DNA of 64,000 nt from the human T2T-CHM13v2.0 reference genome, Homo sapiens. The position numbers were made by a program, and so were the translations under genes. Below, piece by piece: positions 27,419-46,200 of this stretch. The stretch lies in the NCBI RefSeq assembly GCF_009914755.1, contig NC_060927.1. One strand, 5' to 3'. How positions within the stretch are numbered: position 1 is the first letter of the stretch; every line of letters starts with the position of its first letter. The notes under the pieces were generated by a model. The model was not told the origin of the DNA. It saw only the letters and a program-made list of their open reading frames with translations, and did no database searches.

Positions 27419-29267
27419 CCCTCTTTCTCCAAATAACCAGATACAAAAATTAGCCCAGCATTTTGTGGTGTGTACCTGTAGTCTCAGCTACTCAGGAGGC
27501 TGAGATGGTAGGATTGCTTGAGCTTGGAAAGATTGAGGTTGTAGGGAGCTGTGATCAAGTCACTGCACTCCAGCCTGGGTGACAGAGCAAGATGCTGTCT
27601 CAATAAAAAAAATAAAATAAAATATTTGTCAGGTAATTCTAACATCTCTGTCATCTCAGTATCGGTGTTTACTGATTGTCTTTTGACATTAGAGCTGTGG
27701 TTTTCAAGACTTGGTATGACATAATTTTCAACTGAAACTTGAGTATTTTGTGTATTTTGTTTGAGACTCTGGATCCTATTTATACCTTTTGTTTAACTGG
27801 TTTCCTCTGATAGTGCTCTGGTCGGGGAAAGGAAGCACTGCCTCATTACTGACCAGTTGAGCTAAAAATTCAGGATCCCCATTCAGACCCCGTTTATACC
27901 CTGAGAAAGGAGGGGCTCCCTATTATTGCTGGATGAGGATGGGACTTCCAGCTCCTCATGAGGCTTCTCTGGTACCACCCTGGCTGTGAGGGACAGAAGT
28001 CCCTCATTATTGCTTCCCTGTGGCCTTCACTGACACCATAGTCAGGGAAGGATAACCTTGTTAACCCTAGGTGATTGTAAAAGCTGACTCTACTTGGCCT
28101 CCTCTGACACTCTCCCACAGAAAGCTGAGGCACCTTTTTACTGCTGGTAGGGATAAAAATCCATGATCCCCAGATAGTCTTCACTGATACATGGACTAGA
28201 ATGAGTCCCAGCTTTCTACTCAGCCTTTGCTGACCACCCCAGGATGGCATCGAGGTGCTTCATTACAGCTTGGCAAGGGTGGAAGCTCAGGTCCCCTGCT
28301 CCATCTTTGCTGACATTAATGGTGGACAGACCCACAGTTCTTCTTGTGGTGATTGTTTGGTGTAGAGCAGTTATTACCTAAAATCTTTTGCTAGACTATC
28401 CCAGTTCTCTGGATATAGACAGTAGGCTGCTGGGGGAGGCTGTCTGGGTCTATTGTGGTTTCTGAGTTGCTGGCTTCTTTGGCACCAAGTATGGGATGTA
28501 TGAAACAAAGTAAACCTAGGGAACCTACCACAGGGTCATTTCTTAGGTCCTGAGGTTTCTGGTTGGGTTTTCCTTCTTCCTTCCATTTTTCAGATTTTTA
28601 TTATGTCAGTTTTATATATAATATTATGGTTTGGGGTTGCACATAGCAGAAAGAAAGAGAAAACATACATTGATCTATTTTCCCAGAAGTCCACGTTATT
28701 CATTTTTCTTGAACATTTAGAACTTCCCTCATGAAGGAACATATATATATATATTTTTTTTTTACCAGATTCACTATTACTCCTTTCTTCTTCCCTCCAC
28801 TCACATGAAAGATGGTGCTGATTTGCATCATTTTTTAAAATTTATCATGTTCAATCTGATAGTTGTAATAAAGTATAAAAATAAGCTGTTCGAAATGTTT
28901 CCAATTGTATTATCTCCTGTAATTTAAATTAAGAAGTGCTTTACAATATTGGTAAGTTTCAATTAGTATGCTGAATCCATATGTTGTTATTTGATACAGA
29001 AAAGAAATCAGAAATACTGGGACAATTTTGAGAAGAAACGCAAAACACAGCTTGAGTCCTAAATACTGGTGTAAGTTCAATTGGTTCTATCGTCATGCAC
29101 AATGAACAAGCTTGTACTAAATAAACTAAACCTATGATATGCATATCAGTGCCCTGGAAAAAATGTTTTGAAATGAAACTTGCTTTAAAGATATTGAAAA
29201 TGAGATATCACCTGTTCATATTATGGTATTTCACTTTCTCTTACTGAACAATTAAAATAATATAACA

Positions 29268-29447
29268 GGGCAATGCTACTTAAATTGTGGCCCGTAGACC
29301 ACAGCATCAGTATCACCAGAGAACTTGTTACAAATGCAAATTTTGAGGCTCTACCCTAGACTGAATGTATCAAAATTTCTGGAGATGGTGCCCAAAAGTC
29401 TATGTTTTTAACCATTTCCAGGATCTACAGATGATTCTTATATGCAC
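29268..29447 (+). mobile_element. MER5A-like hAT MITE, followed by a MIR at about 29450-29660
   Basis: CAGCATCAGTATCACC...CTTGTTACAAATGCAAATT...GATTCTTATATGCAC. Confidence 0.75.
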
Positions 29448-30584
29448 CTTTGGCAAGGTGAGTAGGCGTTCTTTGGGCTTTAGAACCTCATCGCACATTG
29501 AAGCTCTACCACTTCTAAGCTGTGTCAACTTTATTGTCTAGTTGCCTCAGTTTCCTTATCTATAAAAAGGGACAATTAATAGGATATGCCTCTGAAAATT
29601 ATTTTAAATATTAAATAAAGGTAGTAGCGTCTAATACCTACTTAACTCCTGATAAATATTAGCTATTCTTCTTTAAAATGCATAGTGTGATTACAATAAC
29701 TAAAATTGAGACCTTTCATTGATTTATTTTCCTCTTTTGTATTTCCACTTTCACTGGAATTCATATGGTATGGAAATATTTGACTTGTACACTTTAAGTT
29801 AGTTGCTAAGACAGAATTTCTTTCCAACCATGCGAACACGAAGCTATTGTATAATATCAACTTTATATTCTCTGGTGGGAGAGATGTCTGTATACAAGAC
29901 AAGTATGTGTAAGGATATGTGTGCATGTGTAAGCCAGTTGGCTTCCACTATATTTGTAGAGGGCAATCTAGGGAATCCCAGCAAGGTAAAACACTGAGAT
30001 TGTTTCATTACTGCTCCCTTGTTTCTGTGGTTCCTATGACATGTCCATCCTCCATATACTGCTGCCCAGTTAATAGTTCTAGCATATTACATACACAAAA
30101 TCCATCCTTCTTCCTCACCTCCTTTGTTCCCTCCAGAGTTGCTGACCTTCACAGCTACCTGGGTACGTATAAAAAAATATTAAATCTTTGTAAGTTAGGC
30201 CCCTTAAAATCTGTTCCCTTCTAACTTCCTGAAACCCACTCTACTACTTCACTGTAATAGTGTTCCCTTTGACACAGTCCAGTCTACAAGCCTTGGAACT
30301 TGCTATGTGTACTCCTATCTTACCCTCTTATCACTTCCTGCAACATGGATTTGTTGGAAGGGCAGATTTGACCCATGGTTTTTACTTGGACTTTGATATG
30401 TACTTTTATATAAATATATCTCATCATCAGTTTATCCATTATTTTTAGGTCAGAGACAAGATTATGTCTTTCATCTTTTTATATATTCAGGCTTTGGTTG
30501 TTGATGTCTCTCAGAAAACAATTTCAAAACTATTAAAATTTTGATAGTGCTTTTCATTTCATGAATTATATTTATGAGCACTTT

Positions 30585-30810
30585 AGTAATAATAACATGA
30601 GTTGAGTTCTTCCTTTATTGGAGACACTGTGTTTTATATAATCGGACTCATTTAATTTTAATAATTCCAGAAGGTAGGGGCTACTATCAGCCCCATTTTT
30701 CAGAGGATGAAACTTTCCAAGGTCATACTGATAACACACGGTGGTGAGTGGCTTGGAACTCAGGCAGTCTGACTCCTGTCACTCTCAGCCACTTTTTTTC
30801 ACTACCTCTT
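30585..30810 (-). mobile_element. MIR SINE
   Basis: CCCATTTTTCAGAGGATGAAAC...GAACTCAGGCAGTCTGACTCC. Confidence 0.7.
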
Positions 30811-32525
30811 AATGTCACCCAAGTGGACACAATTCGAAGAGGTTAAGTAAAATTTTCCTGGGGTAACTACTTAGGTTCTCTGACTTTAAATTCTGTATTT
30901 TTTCCATTATACCAAAAGGCCAGGACCACTCTATAAGCAAGCACTTACTAATGAAAATAAAGACTTGGGAAGACTTTCTATGGATTATGTTTTTACCATC
31001 TCTGATTTCTGGGATTTCCTCACAGTGATGTGAATCGCTTGTTGAATGTGTTGGGAAAAGAAAGATACAGAGAGGAGAGGGAGGAAAAAGTGGAGGGAGG
31101 GAGAGAGACATAAATTGAAGCAGGTAGAAAGTATATTTCACTAAGAGATTAGATGTTTGTGACTTGCTATGTGCCACTCATGTTTTTTACCTACTTTACT
31201 AATTGAAATATAAATATACTCATATTTGTTGCCAGCTTTTAATCATCAATGGAGACCTACCTGAAAAAGTTTTATAACAGATTTTTCCCTTCTTATTACA
31301 TAGAGGAATAAGAAGAAAACAAACATCGGCAAAAACAAAAAGCCACACCTGTGGTCTTCGCAATTAGTGACCACTAAATCTAACTTCAAATTTAATTAAA
31401 GTCATGGGACCAAAATTAGAAGGAAAAGTCTGTAGATATCCAGGGAGTAACAAAACATTAGCAATAAACAACATACTTTATAAGGAACAAATTGGGCTAG
31501 ACAGGTTTGGTCACACTTTTCCAATTGAATCACTGAGGTAGTGTATGAAGAGACAGAAGTAGATATATTTGGCCTCCGAGCTCGGGACACACAGCTATGC
31601 CCGAGGAGGAGGAAGTTGAGGTAAAAAACCCAAATCAGCAATGCAAATTATTAGTCTGTTCCTTGAACGTGGAGGAGGAATCAAGAAGTAATGAATCAGA
31701 ACTGCGTGTAATTGGAAGGGTGCAAGGCAATACGATGTTACTCTATAGCTGAATCCTATCAATATATTTGCTAGAACTCCAGCTCTGTTCCAGTCTGTAT
31801 TGAAAACTCAGAGTTTTCATAATCCACTCATAATCCACTGCTCCTTCTACATCCCAGGTGGTTTTTTGGCCTAGCTCTCATCAAATCTAGGTGCCTGTGG
31901 CCTGTACTTGGACTGCTGTATTGCAGCAGCTATCACTTTAATTTGTGCTTTTCCAAACTCTGGGACACTTTCTCATGTGCTGGGAGCTTTTATGCCAGGT
32001 ATTAGATTTTGAGCCAAGTGGATATTTCCATTTTCTTCTTATGAGCTAAGAACTTTTTTCTGCATCCTTTCTTATTCTATGGAATTGTCTGTCAGAGTGT
32101 TGAACTGTGGGACTATCTATGTGCAAGTATCTTTTCCATTTCATGATTTTGTTTTATTCTTTTTTTTCTTGACAGTCCTCCTGGATACAGGAGATTTGGT
32201 AGACCACTTGTCCCCCTGTTATGCAGATAGTCAGCACGTTGTCTTACAAATGGATCTTCCCCTCCATTTATAGTTAGACACTTTATTGTAAGGCAGAATG
32301 CTATAATTCAGCATTTTCTTTCCTTTGAAAACTTTTGCTATCTATGAGACAAAGAATTGTGAAGAGTCAAAGATTCAACACCATGTTCTAGAGCAGGCTA
32401 TTTCAAAATAAGACCCATCTTGGAAGTCATAAATTCTATTGCTTATTTAACTGTGTGGTTTTGATTAACTGTGTGTTTTTCCAAAATGACTTTAGCAATA
32501 TAAACTTTCTTTTCTAATTTTTTTT

Positions 32526-32606
32526 GAGGTGGAGCTTGCAGTGAGCCAAGATCGTGCCACTGCACTCCAGCCTGGGCAACACAGCGAGACTCTGTCTCAA
32601 AAAAAA

Positions 32607-32638
<32 letters not shown>

Positions 32639-32639
32639 A
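32526..32639 (+). mobile_element. 5'-truncated AluY (last 73 nt plus tail)
   Basis: Y-diagnostic GGAGCTTGCAGTGAG and a long A tail; no clear TSD. Confidence 0.85.
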
Positions 32640-33847
32640 TTGGTATTTTTCCACATATGCAAAAAGATTTATCCAGTGGTAGTTAAGAACACTCTGATAG
32701 GAAAAATAAATTTAAATTATTGGCTATTCTTCACTGCTGTAGCCCATCTTTCTCTACATCTAATCCTACCTCTTCAACCCTGAGATACCATTATTTGTGT
32801 TTGTATTTGCCTATGGACACTGTTTAAAATGTTTGCCCTCCTCTCTAAGCAATTTAGTCTATGAAATTGAGGACAAGCCCATGATGTGGTTTGTTTGTTT
32901 ATTTGTTTTTGCTGTTGTCACTGGGATTTCCTTGTTCACATACATGCATAAAAAAGTATTTTCTATGATGTTAATAAATTGAGAAAATGAGATTTTAATT
33001 TTTTCTTTTCTTCAATAGTTTCTCCTGTTAACTAACTGAATAAATGGAGAAAGTGACAAAGATCTTACATTTGTTGATTATCAGCTATGTACCAAGAGTT
33101 GTTCTAGGTATTTACTTGCAACTTTTCTTCATTCATTTAATCTTTTCAATAAAGCTACAAGCTACCTCTACAGATGAGAAAAATAGGTATTAGAGAGTTC
33201 AACTTACTAGCTCAAGATTGCAGAGCCAGTAAAAGACAGAGCAAAGTTGATATGAAAGGGCTGTCCATTTCCTAGTGGAAAGTGTGCTCTTGGCCAACAT
33301 TTCCAGAATGGGTACAGATAGTACTCCTGCTTGACTACCCAGGTCCCTTCTTTTATAGGCATTACCCTACTACTCTTTTCCATTTTTACTGTCCACTCTC
33401 CTTCATCTGCCTAGCACGTTTATTGGTGACTTAAAAAATTAAATGTATTTTATGAAGAAAAACTTAAATATAGAAAAGCACACAGATAAGTGTATATCTT
33501 GATGTGTCGTCACATAGTGAACATACCCATATCAAGTCGCAATCTAGATCAAGAACTAGAGCATTATTAACATCAGAAGCCCCTTCAGCTTCCCTCATCC
33601 CCCTCATGCCACCTTACTTTTGATAGACTTTTGTTCTTTTCCTAGTTTTTGCTTATTACAAATAATGCTACTATGAATATGCTTGAACAAGTCCCTTCAT
33701 ACACATACCTATATAGTTCTGTTGGCTATACTTCTAGGAGTAGAGTTGCTGGGTTATATGTGTACATATATTCAACTAAGATGCATATTGCCAAAAATAT
33801 TTCAAATTGGTTTTATACCAGTAGTATATGTAAGTTCCATTTTGTAA

Positions 33848-34234
<387 letters not shown>

Positions 34235-36928
34235 ATCCCTGTGGTTTTGATTTGCTTTTCCCTGATGACTCATGAGGTTAAGCACCTTTTTAAGTGTTCA
34301 TTAAATTGATAATATTTTGGTCTGACATCTCTAGCATGAGTTCTGAACTGTTCTGAAGAATTTAAGCTTTGCTGTTAGCCCTGTGACCCAAAGCACCTCA
34401 GATGTGTGAAGGAGCTACTGGCCCTCAGGCCTGTAGCTTGGTGCTGTGCAGTCCCCGACCCCAGTGGAGTCAGTGTTCTGAAGAATTTGGGCATTTTGCT
34501 TTCTGATCACCAGTCCATTTCCCGTTTTTCTATTTTGTGATACCTATTCCTTCTGCTCTGTTTACTCTCTGTTTTTTAAATAAAGATAGTGAATACACAC
34601 TTTTTATTGAACTGAACATAAATCAAGCTTACCCTGCTTTGTAGTGAGGGCTGGCCCCAAGCAAAGGCCTCCAGTGTCCATTCTCCTTCTCTCTTACCCT
34701 TGCTTTGATTTGCAGCTCTTATGACGATGATGGGGTTTTTCTGGTTGTTGTTCATCCAGTATTGTTCTGCCTTTAGGCTGCCTCTTCATTTTGGATCCAT
34801 CCACATCAAAATGAAAAAGAACTGCCATCAAGGGTCTGCTTATATAGTGAGTGGGCTTTGAGAGGGATCTACAGAAAACTTTTTTTTTGAAATGGCATCT
34901 ATTTAGTAGAAACAGGGCTATGTTCCCACCTTCTTTGCATCTCCTCCCCATCTTAGCCAAAGAAAAAGCAAAAGGGAAGCTTACTTGCTCAAATATATCA
35001 ATTCAGGAAAAGAAAATTAGTCTTGGTTTGTGTTTAGTAATTTAATGTCAAGCAAAATCATTTTCTGTATAATCTAAATTAAAGCCTTGCTATCATGGGA
35101 AACTGATTTAAAAAAAATCTCCACCCTTCTGCATAAAAATACTTCAGAATGATAAGCGTTTGGATGTGCAACCATTGATTTTATTCAGATGAATACAAAA
35201 TATACTTAGAGTGTAGAATTAATGATGTCAAATTTAAAATAAGGTTTTGTTTTCAGCATTTACTAGAGTGGGCTTTATCTGTCCAATTCTTTGAGTCCCT
35301 GCTGCTAGCCACTCAGAAACCAGTTTTTCCCATATTACCCACTGAGCTGACTTTCATTAAAATGTTTTTTATTCCACTGTAAAAACTAAATTGACCAACC
35401 AACCAAGTAGACGTTCCTCAGAAATTTATGTTAACAGAATGTAAGAATTGTCTTTTAAAACACTAAAATTTTTAATTGGCTCTTTTTAAAATGATTGGTT
35501 AATCACCTTAAATAATAAATGCAACTGAAAAAATTATTTAGATTGAAATCCATTCATAGGACTGATATATGTTTATGGCTAAATAAAATATTAAGACAAA
35601 TTAAGTTATTAGCAGATGCTATTTTAGTCCCAGATGGTGATCTTTGTTTGCACACTTATTAACCAATTCATTTTGCAAGGCTTTGTTTTCTCATCCTATA
35701 CAAACCTAAATACAGGAACCCAGGAAAGGACCATTTCTAGAAAACCAGTATGCCAGTGTAATGACTTTGATGATGAAACACTGTATATCTTTGTACTTTC
35801 ATTTCCTATACATATAAGCATGGGTTTCCCAATAACTTTCAAATCTGAGGTAAATCATTTCCAAGGTCCCATCTTCTGATGAAAGGTTGATCACTGTTGG
35901 CAAATACTAACAGCTGGCCACATAGACATAGCTCCAAGGGCCACATTTCAAAGAGGAAAAATACCCTTGTCTAAATTTCATAACACCTGATGTTTTGTTG
36001 ACTATTTCAATTACAAATTTCAGTTTTGACCCAGAAAATTAATGGGATATGAGTTTTCTGAAATACTCAATTTTGATGTGATTCCTGGAATGTACTCACC
36101 ATTTTCACTGTTAGTAACATTCTGTGTAGCAGTGATTAAAAGCTCTGCTTGAGAATCCCACTTCTTCCACTTTCTTTGTAAATTTGGGTTTCTCTTTCAC
36201 AGAGAAAAGCGAAGGAAATTAACAAAGATAATAAATCCTGAAGGCATTCCAGTGGTCCTCAAAGCCTTTTGTGTATCTTCCTTCTTGGGGTTCAGTTATT
36301 GACCCCCTCTTTGGAATCTGTGAGCTAATAAATTCTCTTCTTTTCCTTTATATAGTACAAGTTGGGTTTCTGGTGCTTATGACTCAGTCCTGACATATAC
36401 ATTATGCTTACTGATGAAAGTTTATATTCATGTTCACCTCTGTCTCTGATTTCCGTTTTGTCTTTTTTTTTTTTTTTTTTTTTTGCTTTGTGTTTTAGAG
36501 CTGTATGTCATTGGTCACATGAAAGATAAAAGAGCTGAATTTTGAAGTTTTAAAAAAATTCTAATATAGTATGATTTCTAAAAATCTTTAAACATAAGAT
36601 CACCGTCATACAAGCCTCATTACTTACCATTCAAAAATAATAATAGAAAATATAAGAGTAATGCTAGATTTTATAAGGGTAACTCTAAGAAATTGGTCAT
36701 GCGGGGGCAGGGAGTTATACTACTCACTATTTTGGGAGATATTTTAAAAGGATACATTTTCTCATAAACAAAGATTATGAAAATACTATTGCAAATGTGA
36801 CTATTACTATCCATATCATCATGATTAAGGAGTATATCCTAGACCTGACAATAATCACTCAGATTTGGTAAAGATTAAGCATTTCCAGTTTGATTATTCA
36901 CAGATTGTCATTAAAAAGCATCTCTTCA

Positions 36929-37002
36929 TCATAAATTCTTTGCCTAAGCCAACATCTAGAAGAGCTTTTCTTAGGTTTTCTTCTAGAATTTTTATGGTTT
37001 CA
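36929..37002 (-). mobile_element. Short inverted L1PB ORF2 fragment, probably the 5'-inverted part of the L1PB4 at 47821-48630
   Basis: CATAAATTCTTTGCCTAAGCCAAC...TTTTATGGTTTCA matches L1PB ORF2 in antisense. Confidence 0.65.
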
Positions 37003-37651
37003 TAGGTAATTTGACTTAGACCATGGAGTTCATTCAAACTGTATATGTAAATAATTTCAATATTGGCTGATTAGCATAATAATGTAGAGCTTGATTTTGA
37101 AAGGTTTGTTAAATACCAAAGGTTTAAACATTGGCTATTACAAAATAGAGTCTTAGGTTACCATAAATCACTCATTTAGCCAAAATGATAACTTGAAAAT
37201 TTTTAAAAGAAAAAAACATTATTCTGACAGAGAGGAGACTCAGCTTTCCAAACAAGACCCAATGAAAGTAGCATGAGGCCAACTGACTGTCTCCTTTCTT
37301 TTCTCTCATTAATCAAAACTTTATAGAGGAGATAAACCCTTTTTTTTTTTTTTAACTATTCATTCAACCATTTTCACACAGAGGTAGAAGCCAGAAATCT
37401 GACTTGTAAGAAATTCTTACCCTTTTGCCAGCATGCCAGGCTTCTGGGTTCCCTTTCCCTGAGCGACCCTAGTGATCTGGCTTGTGGCACAATTGACCTC
37501 GGGCAAGCCTCATCATAAAGGAAAATTCTTTTTTTTCGTTCTGGCCAGAGCAAAATACATGTGATAAAACAGACATTAGCCACTCTGCTTAGCACCCAAT
37601 ATCAAACTGGCGAGGCTTAAATTTGCCCTCCAATGGGGCACTGTCATCTTT

Positions 37652-41768
<4,117 letters not shown>

Positions 41769-42836
41769 GGGGCCCCATCATCTTTAATCCAACCTCAGTC
41801 TAGGAGTTTCAATACGTGGTCTCTGGACAAGATGGTTGCCCTGCGTAACAGAAAAGATAAGAAAGGGAAAGGAGAGAGAGAAACACATTATCTGTGGCAG
41901 GATGGGGAAGCTGAAATGATCAGGGAGGCCAGAGAAAGGTCCACCCATGGCAGCAACACTGGTAATTTCAGGTTGCTGCTTCTCGGTAGCAAAGCGATTT
42001 TTTCCAGCAGTCTCATCAGCTCTCATTTCCCCTTTCAGGGAGGAAAAAGCCCTCCATAACCCACAATCCTGTATATGCCTAATCCTGTCACCCACAGCTG
42101 TCAGCAGAGAGTGCAAGGCAGATTATTCCAAAGAGAATAGCATTTAACATCCTGTAGTGCCAAACCTGTTCTTAGTTGAAAGGGACTTTACCAAGAGCGC
42201 TCATTTTTAAATGTATTTCAGTGCACTGTTGTTCCTTTGGAATATTCCACTGTAAGTTATCTTTAGTAAGATTTTGCCATTTCTGTAAGACTTCATTGCC
42301 TCCCAGGTCTAAAGTATAAGCCAAAAAGAAATCAGTTTTCCAGAAATTAAGGATCTCATTTTTACCTAAATATTGGCTTTACTCTCAGGTTCTCTTGATT
42401 AACTTAGCCAGTAATTTTTTTCCTATCTAAGCACACAAGAAAAATGAAACAAAGGGGTAGAACACAAAAATCCCTGTGAATTTTCAAAAGCCAAATTTTA
42501 TAACCCCTGCAATATTACTGCTTACTACCAGTTCCTTTCTGACCCAGTCAGATGTAAGAGGTCTCTACCTGGATCAAAGCCAATTAATTCCCAGATCAAA
42601 TCTCTGTTCCTGTACCCAGTCCAGTTTGTGTGATAACTCCAAACCCAATTTGGATCAGAAATTTGCTCAAAGAAACTTGTAGAGTTCAAAACACAGATCT
42701 ATGGAGCTCCAAAATCTGAGAGGGGCTTACCCACAATCCTCAGCTGCTTTGAGAGATCCATGGACACAAGTGGGTCCTGAAGGTAGCTTGCATGTTCACT
42801 TGGCACTCCTGGGGGTCCCTAGAAGCTCTGCTTGGG

Positions 42837-42854
42837 ATCCCACTTCTGACACCA
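42837..42854 (-). promoter_or_regulatory. Retroviral primer-binding site, tRNA-Leu type (TGGTGTCAGAAGTGGGAT)
   Basis: 18-mer lying 2 nt downstream of the LTR, complementary to the tRNA-Leu 3' end ATCCCACTTCTGACACCA. Confidence 0.88.
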
Positions 42855-42856
42855 TC

Positions 42857-43287
42857 TGATAAAAGAAAAACTTCAGCTGAATTAAATTTAAAGAAGTTTA
42901 ATTGAGCAATTAATGATTCGTGAGTTAGGCAGCCTCCAGAATCAAGCAGATTCACAGTGACTCCAGAGGTGCCTTGAGGTCAGAACAAATTTATAGACAA
43001 AAAAGATAAAGTGACATACAGGAATCAGAAGTGAGGTACAGAAACAGCGAGATTGGTTACAGCTTGGTGTTTGCCTTTTTTGAATGCAGTTTGAACACTC
43101 AGCAGTCTATGAGTGGTTGAAGTATGGCCACTTGGATTGGCCAACACTCAGCTATTGTTATGGGTGCATATAAGTAAGTTAGGTTTTCAATTTTGTCTGA
43201 CTATTAAGCTAGGTTACAGTTTATCCACAAGGACTCAAATATAGAAATATGGAGTCCTTCTCAGGCCATATTTAGTTTGCTTTAACA
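42857..43287 (-). mobile_element. MER57A1-type 5' LTR
   Basis: Minus strand reads TGTTAAAGCAAACTAAATATGGCC...TTTTCTTTTATCA; two CCAAT boxes, TATAAA (42990-42995) and ATTAAA. Confidence 0.9.
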
Positions 43288-46200
43288 GGCTGCAGGACTA
43301 ACTTGTAGCTCCCACTTACGTGGACAGAGCAGCATGTAGAGATTTACATCATGAACATTTTCTCCATGAACTACCACAGGAACATACCAGGAAAGCCAAG
43401 AGAAGCCACAGACCCTTTGAAGGAGGTGGATTGCCACTGCAGGCTCCATTGGACAGCCAAGGAACTGTGAGTCAGCTTGCTTTCTCAACTAGGAGGCTTG
43501 TAGCCTGGGGTAAATTCACAGCCCTGCTCACTGGCTGCCTGGGAATAAACTCAGTGCTGTTGGGAGAGTAAGACTGGCCTTTCAAAAGGCTGTAGGCTGC
43601 TTGGGAGCTAGATGAGGCCTGTGGCTGCTGGCTTTCCCCCCACCTTCCCTGGATACCTTTGTGATGCAGTGGAGGCAGCCATAATCCCCTGGGAACATAA
43701 CTCCATTGGCCTGGGAACCACACCCCCAACCCCCAGAGCAGCCACAACAAACCCCACCCAGGGAGAGTCTGAGCTCAGATACACCTAACCCTGCCCCCAC
43801 CTGATGGTCTTTGTCTACTTGCCTGGGTAGCTGAAGACAAAGGAAATAGTCTCTTAGGAGCTCTGTGGCCCTGACCACCACCTGAGAAACTTGAATACTT
43901 ATCCAAATGTGACCCTAGGGCAAGTTTGTATCCTCCCTGTACAACTACAGCTAATAAGCTCTTGAAAGCTCCACCTCCTGATTAGAAGCCAACCAGCACA
44001 AAACCTGTGTACATAACAGAAATACAACCAAGGACTCTGACAGAGTTTACTTCACTCCTTTGATACCTCCACCAGAGTAGGTGCTGGTGTCGATGGCTGA
44101 GAGACCTGAAGATGGATCACATCACAGGACTCTTTGCAGACACTCTCCAGTCCTAGCTCAGAGCCTGGTAGCTCCTCTGGGTGGCTAGATCCAGAAGAGA
44201 AATAGTAATCACTGCAGTTCAGCTCAGGAAGCCCCATCCCTAGGGGAGAGGGGAGAGTACCACATCAAGAAAGCACCCCCGTGGGACAAAAGAATCTGAT
44301 ATAGTCTACCCCAATGGGAAGGAACCAGAAAAACAATTCTGGTTAAATGACAAAATAAGCTTTTTTAACAACCCCAAAAGATCACACTAGCTCACCAGCA
44401 ATGGATTCAAACTAAGAAGAAATCTCTGAATTGCCAGAAAAAGAATTCAGACGTCGATTATTAAGCCAATCAAGGAAGCAATAAACCCAACAGCAGAAGA
44501 GAAATAACCAAGATCAGAGGAGAACCAAATGAAATTGAAACAAAACAAAACAAAAAAATACAAAAGATAAATGAAACAAAAAGCTGGTTTTTTGAATAGA
44601 TAAATAAAATTTATAGACCATTAGCAAGATTAATTATGAAAAGAAGAGAGAAGATCCAAATAAGCTCAATTAGAAATGAAACAGGAAATATTACAACCAA
44701 TACCACAGAAATACAAAAGATCATTCAAGGCTACTATGAACACCTTTGCGTGCATAAACTAGAAAACTCAGAGGAGGTGGGTAAATTTCTAGAAATATAC
44801 AACTCTCCTAGATTAAACCAGGAACAAATAGAAATTCTGAACAGACCAATAACAAGCACCAAGATTGAAATGGTAATTTAAAAGTTACCAACAAAAACAA
44901 AAAAAAAAATCCAGGACCAGAAGGATTCACAACTGAATTTGACCAGACATCCAAAGAAAAATTGGTAGCAATCATATTGACACTATTCCAAAAGAGCGAA
45001 AGAGGGAATCCTCCCTAAACCATCCTATGAATACCAAAACCATGAAAGGACATAACAAAAAAAGAAAACTACTAGACCAATATCCCTGATAAACATACAT
45101 GCTAAAATTCTGAACAAAATACTTGCTAACCAAATCCAACAACATATCAGAAAGATAATCCATTATGATCAAATAGGTTTCATACCAGGGATGCAGGGAT
45201 GGTTTAACATATGCAAGTGAATAAATGTGATACACCACATAAACAGAATTGAAAACAAAAACCACATGACTATCTCAATAGACACAGAAAAAGCATTTGA
45301 CAAAATCCAGCATTCCTTTATGATTAAAACCATCAGCAAAATAGGCATAGAAGAGACATACCTTAAACTAATAAAAGGCATCTATGACAAACCCGCAGCC
45401 CACATTGTATTGAATGGGGAAAAGTTGGAAGCCTTCCCTCTGAGAACTGGAACAAGACAAGGATGCCCACTTTCACCATTTATTTTTACTGTAGTACTGG
45501 AAATTCTAACTAGAGCAATCAAACAAGAAAAAGAAATAAAGGGCACCCAGTCAAACTGTCACTGTTTGCTGATGACATGATTGTATACCTGGAAATATCC
45601 TAAAGATTCATCCAAAAAGCTCCCAGAACTGGTAAATGAATTTAGCAAAGTTTCAGGATACAAAATTAACGTACACAAATCAGTAGCTCTGCTATACACC
45701 AACAGCGATCAAGCTGAGAATCAAATCAAGAACTCAACCCCTTTAACGATAGCTGCAAACAAAAACAAAAACAAAAAACAACAACAGCAAAAACAAACAA
45801 AAAAACTTAGGAATATAGCTAACCAAGGAGGTAAAAGACTTCTACGAGGAAAATTACAAAACACTGTTGAAGGAAATCATAGATGACACAAACAAATGGA
45901 AATACATCTCATGCTCATGGATTGGTAGAATCAATATTGTGAAAATGACCATGCTGCCAAAAGCAATCTACAAGTCAATACAATTTCCATCAAAATACCA
46001 CCATCATTCTTCACAGAACTAGAAAAAGCAATCCTAAAATTCGTGTAGAACCAAAAAAGAGCCTGCACAGCCAAAGCAAGACTAAGCAAAGAAAACAAAT
46101 CTGGAAGCATTACATTACCCGACTTCAAACTATACGATAAGGCCATAAACACCAAAACAGAATGGTATCGGTATAAAAATAGGCATATTGACCAATGGAA

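Larger units (their letters stand above)
24963..27621 (+). mobile_element. AluJ split by THE1 (pieces 24963-25071 and 27419-27621)
   Basis: The left arm stops at GTGAAAC and resumes after the 3' LTR; diverged TSD AAAATCTTTTTCAA / AAAATATTTGTCAG. Confidence 0.88.

Noticed and set aside
34694-34960. 88-aa minus-strand ORF as a protein-coding exon
   Set aside because: No recognisable homology to a human protein and no in-frame partner exons; kept only as a possible non-coding exon or CR1 scrap.
42837-42854. tRNA-Leu-like sequence
   Set aside because: Only the 18-nt 3' end, adjacent to an LTR; it is a primer-binding site, not a tRNA gene.
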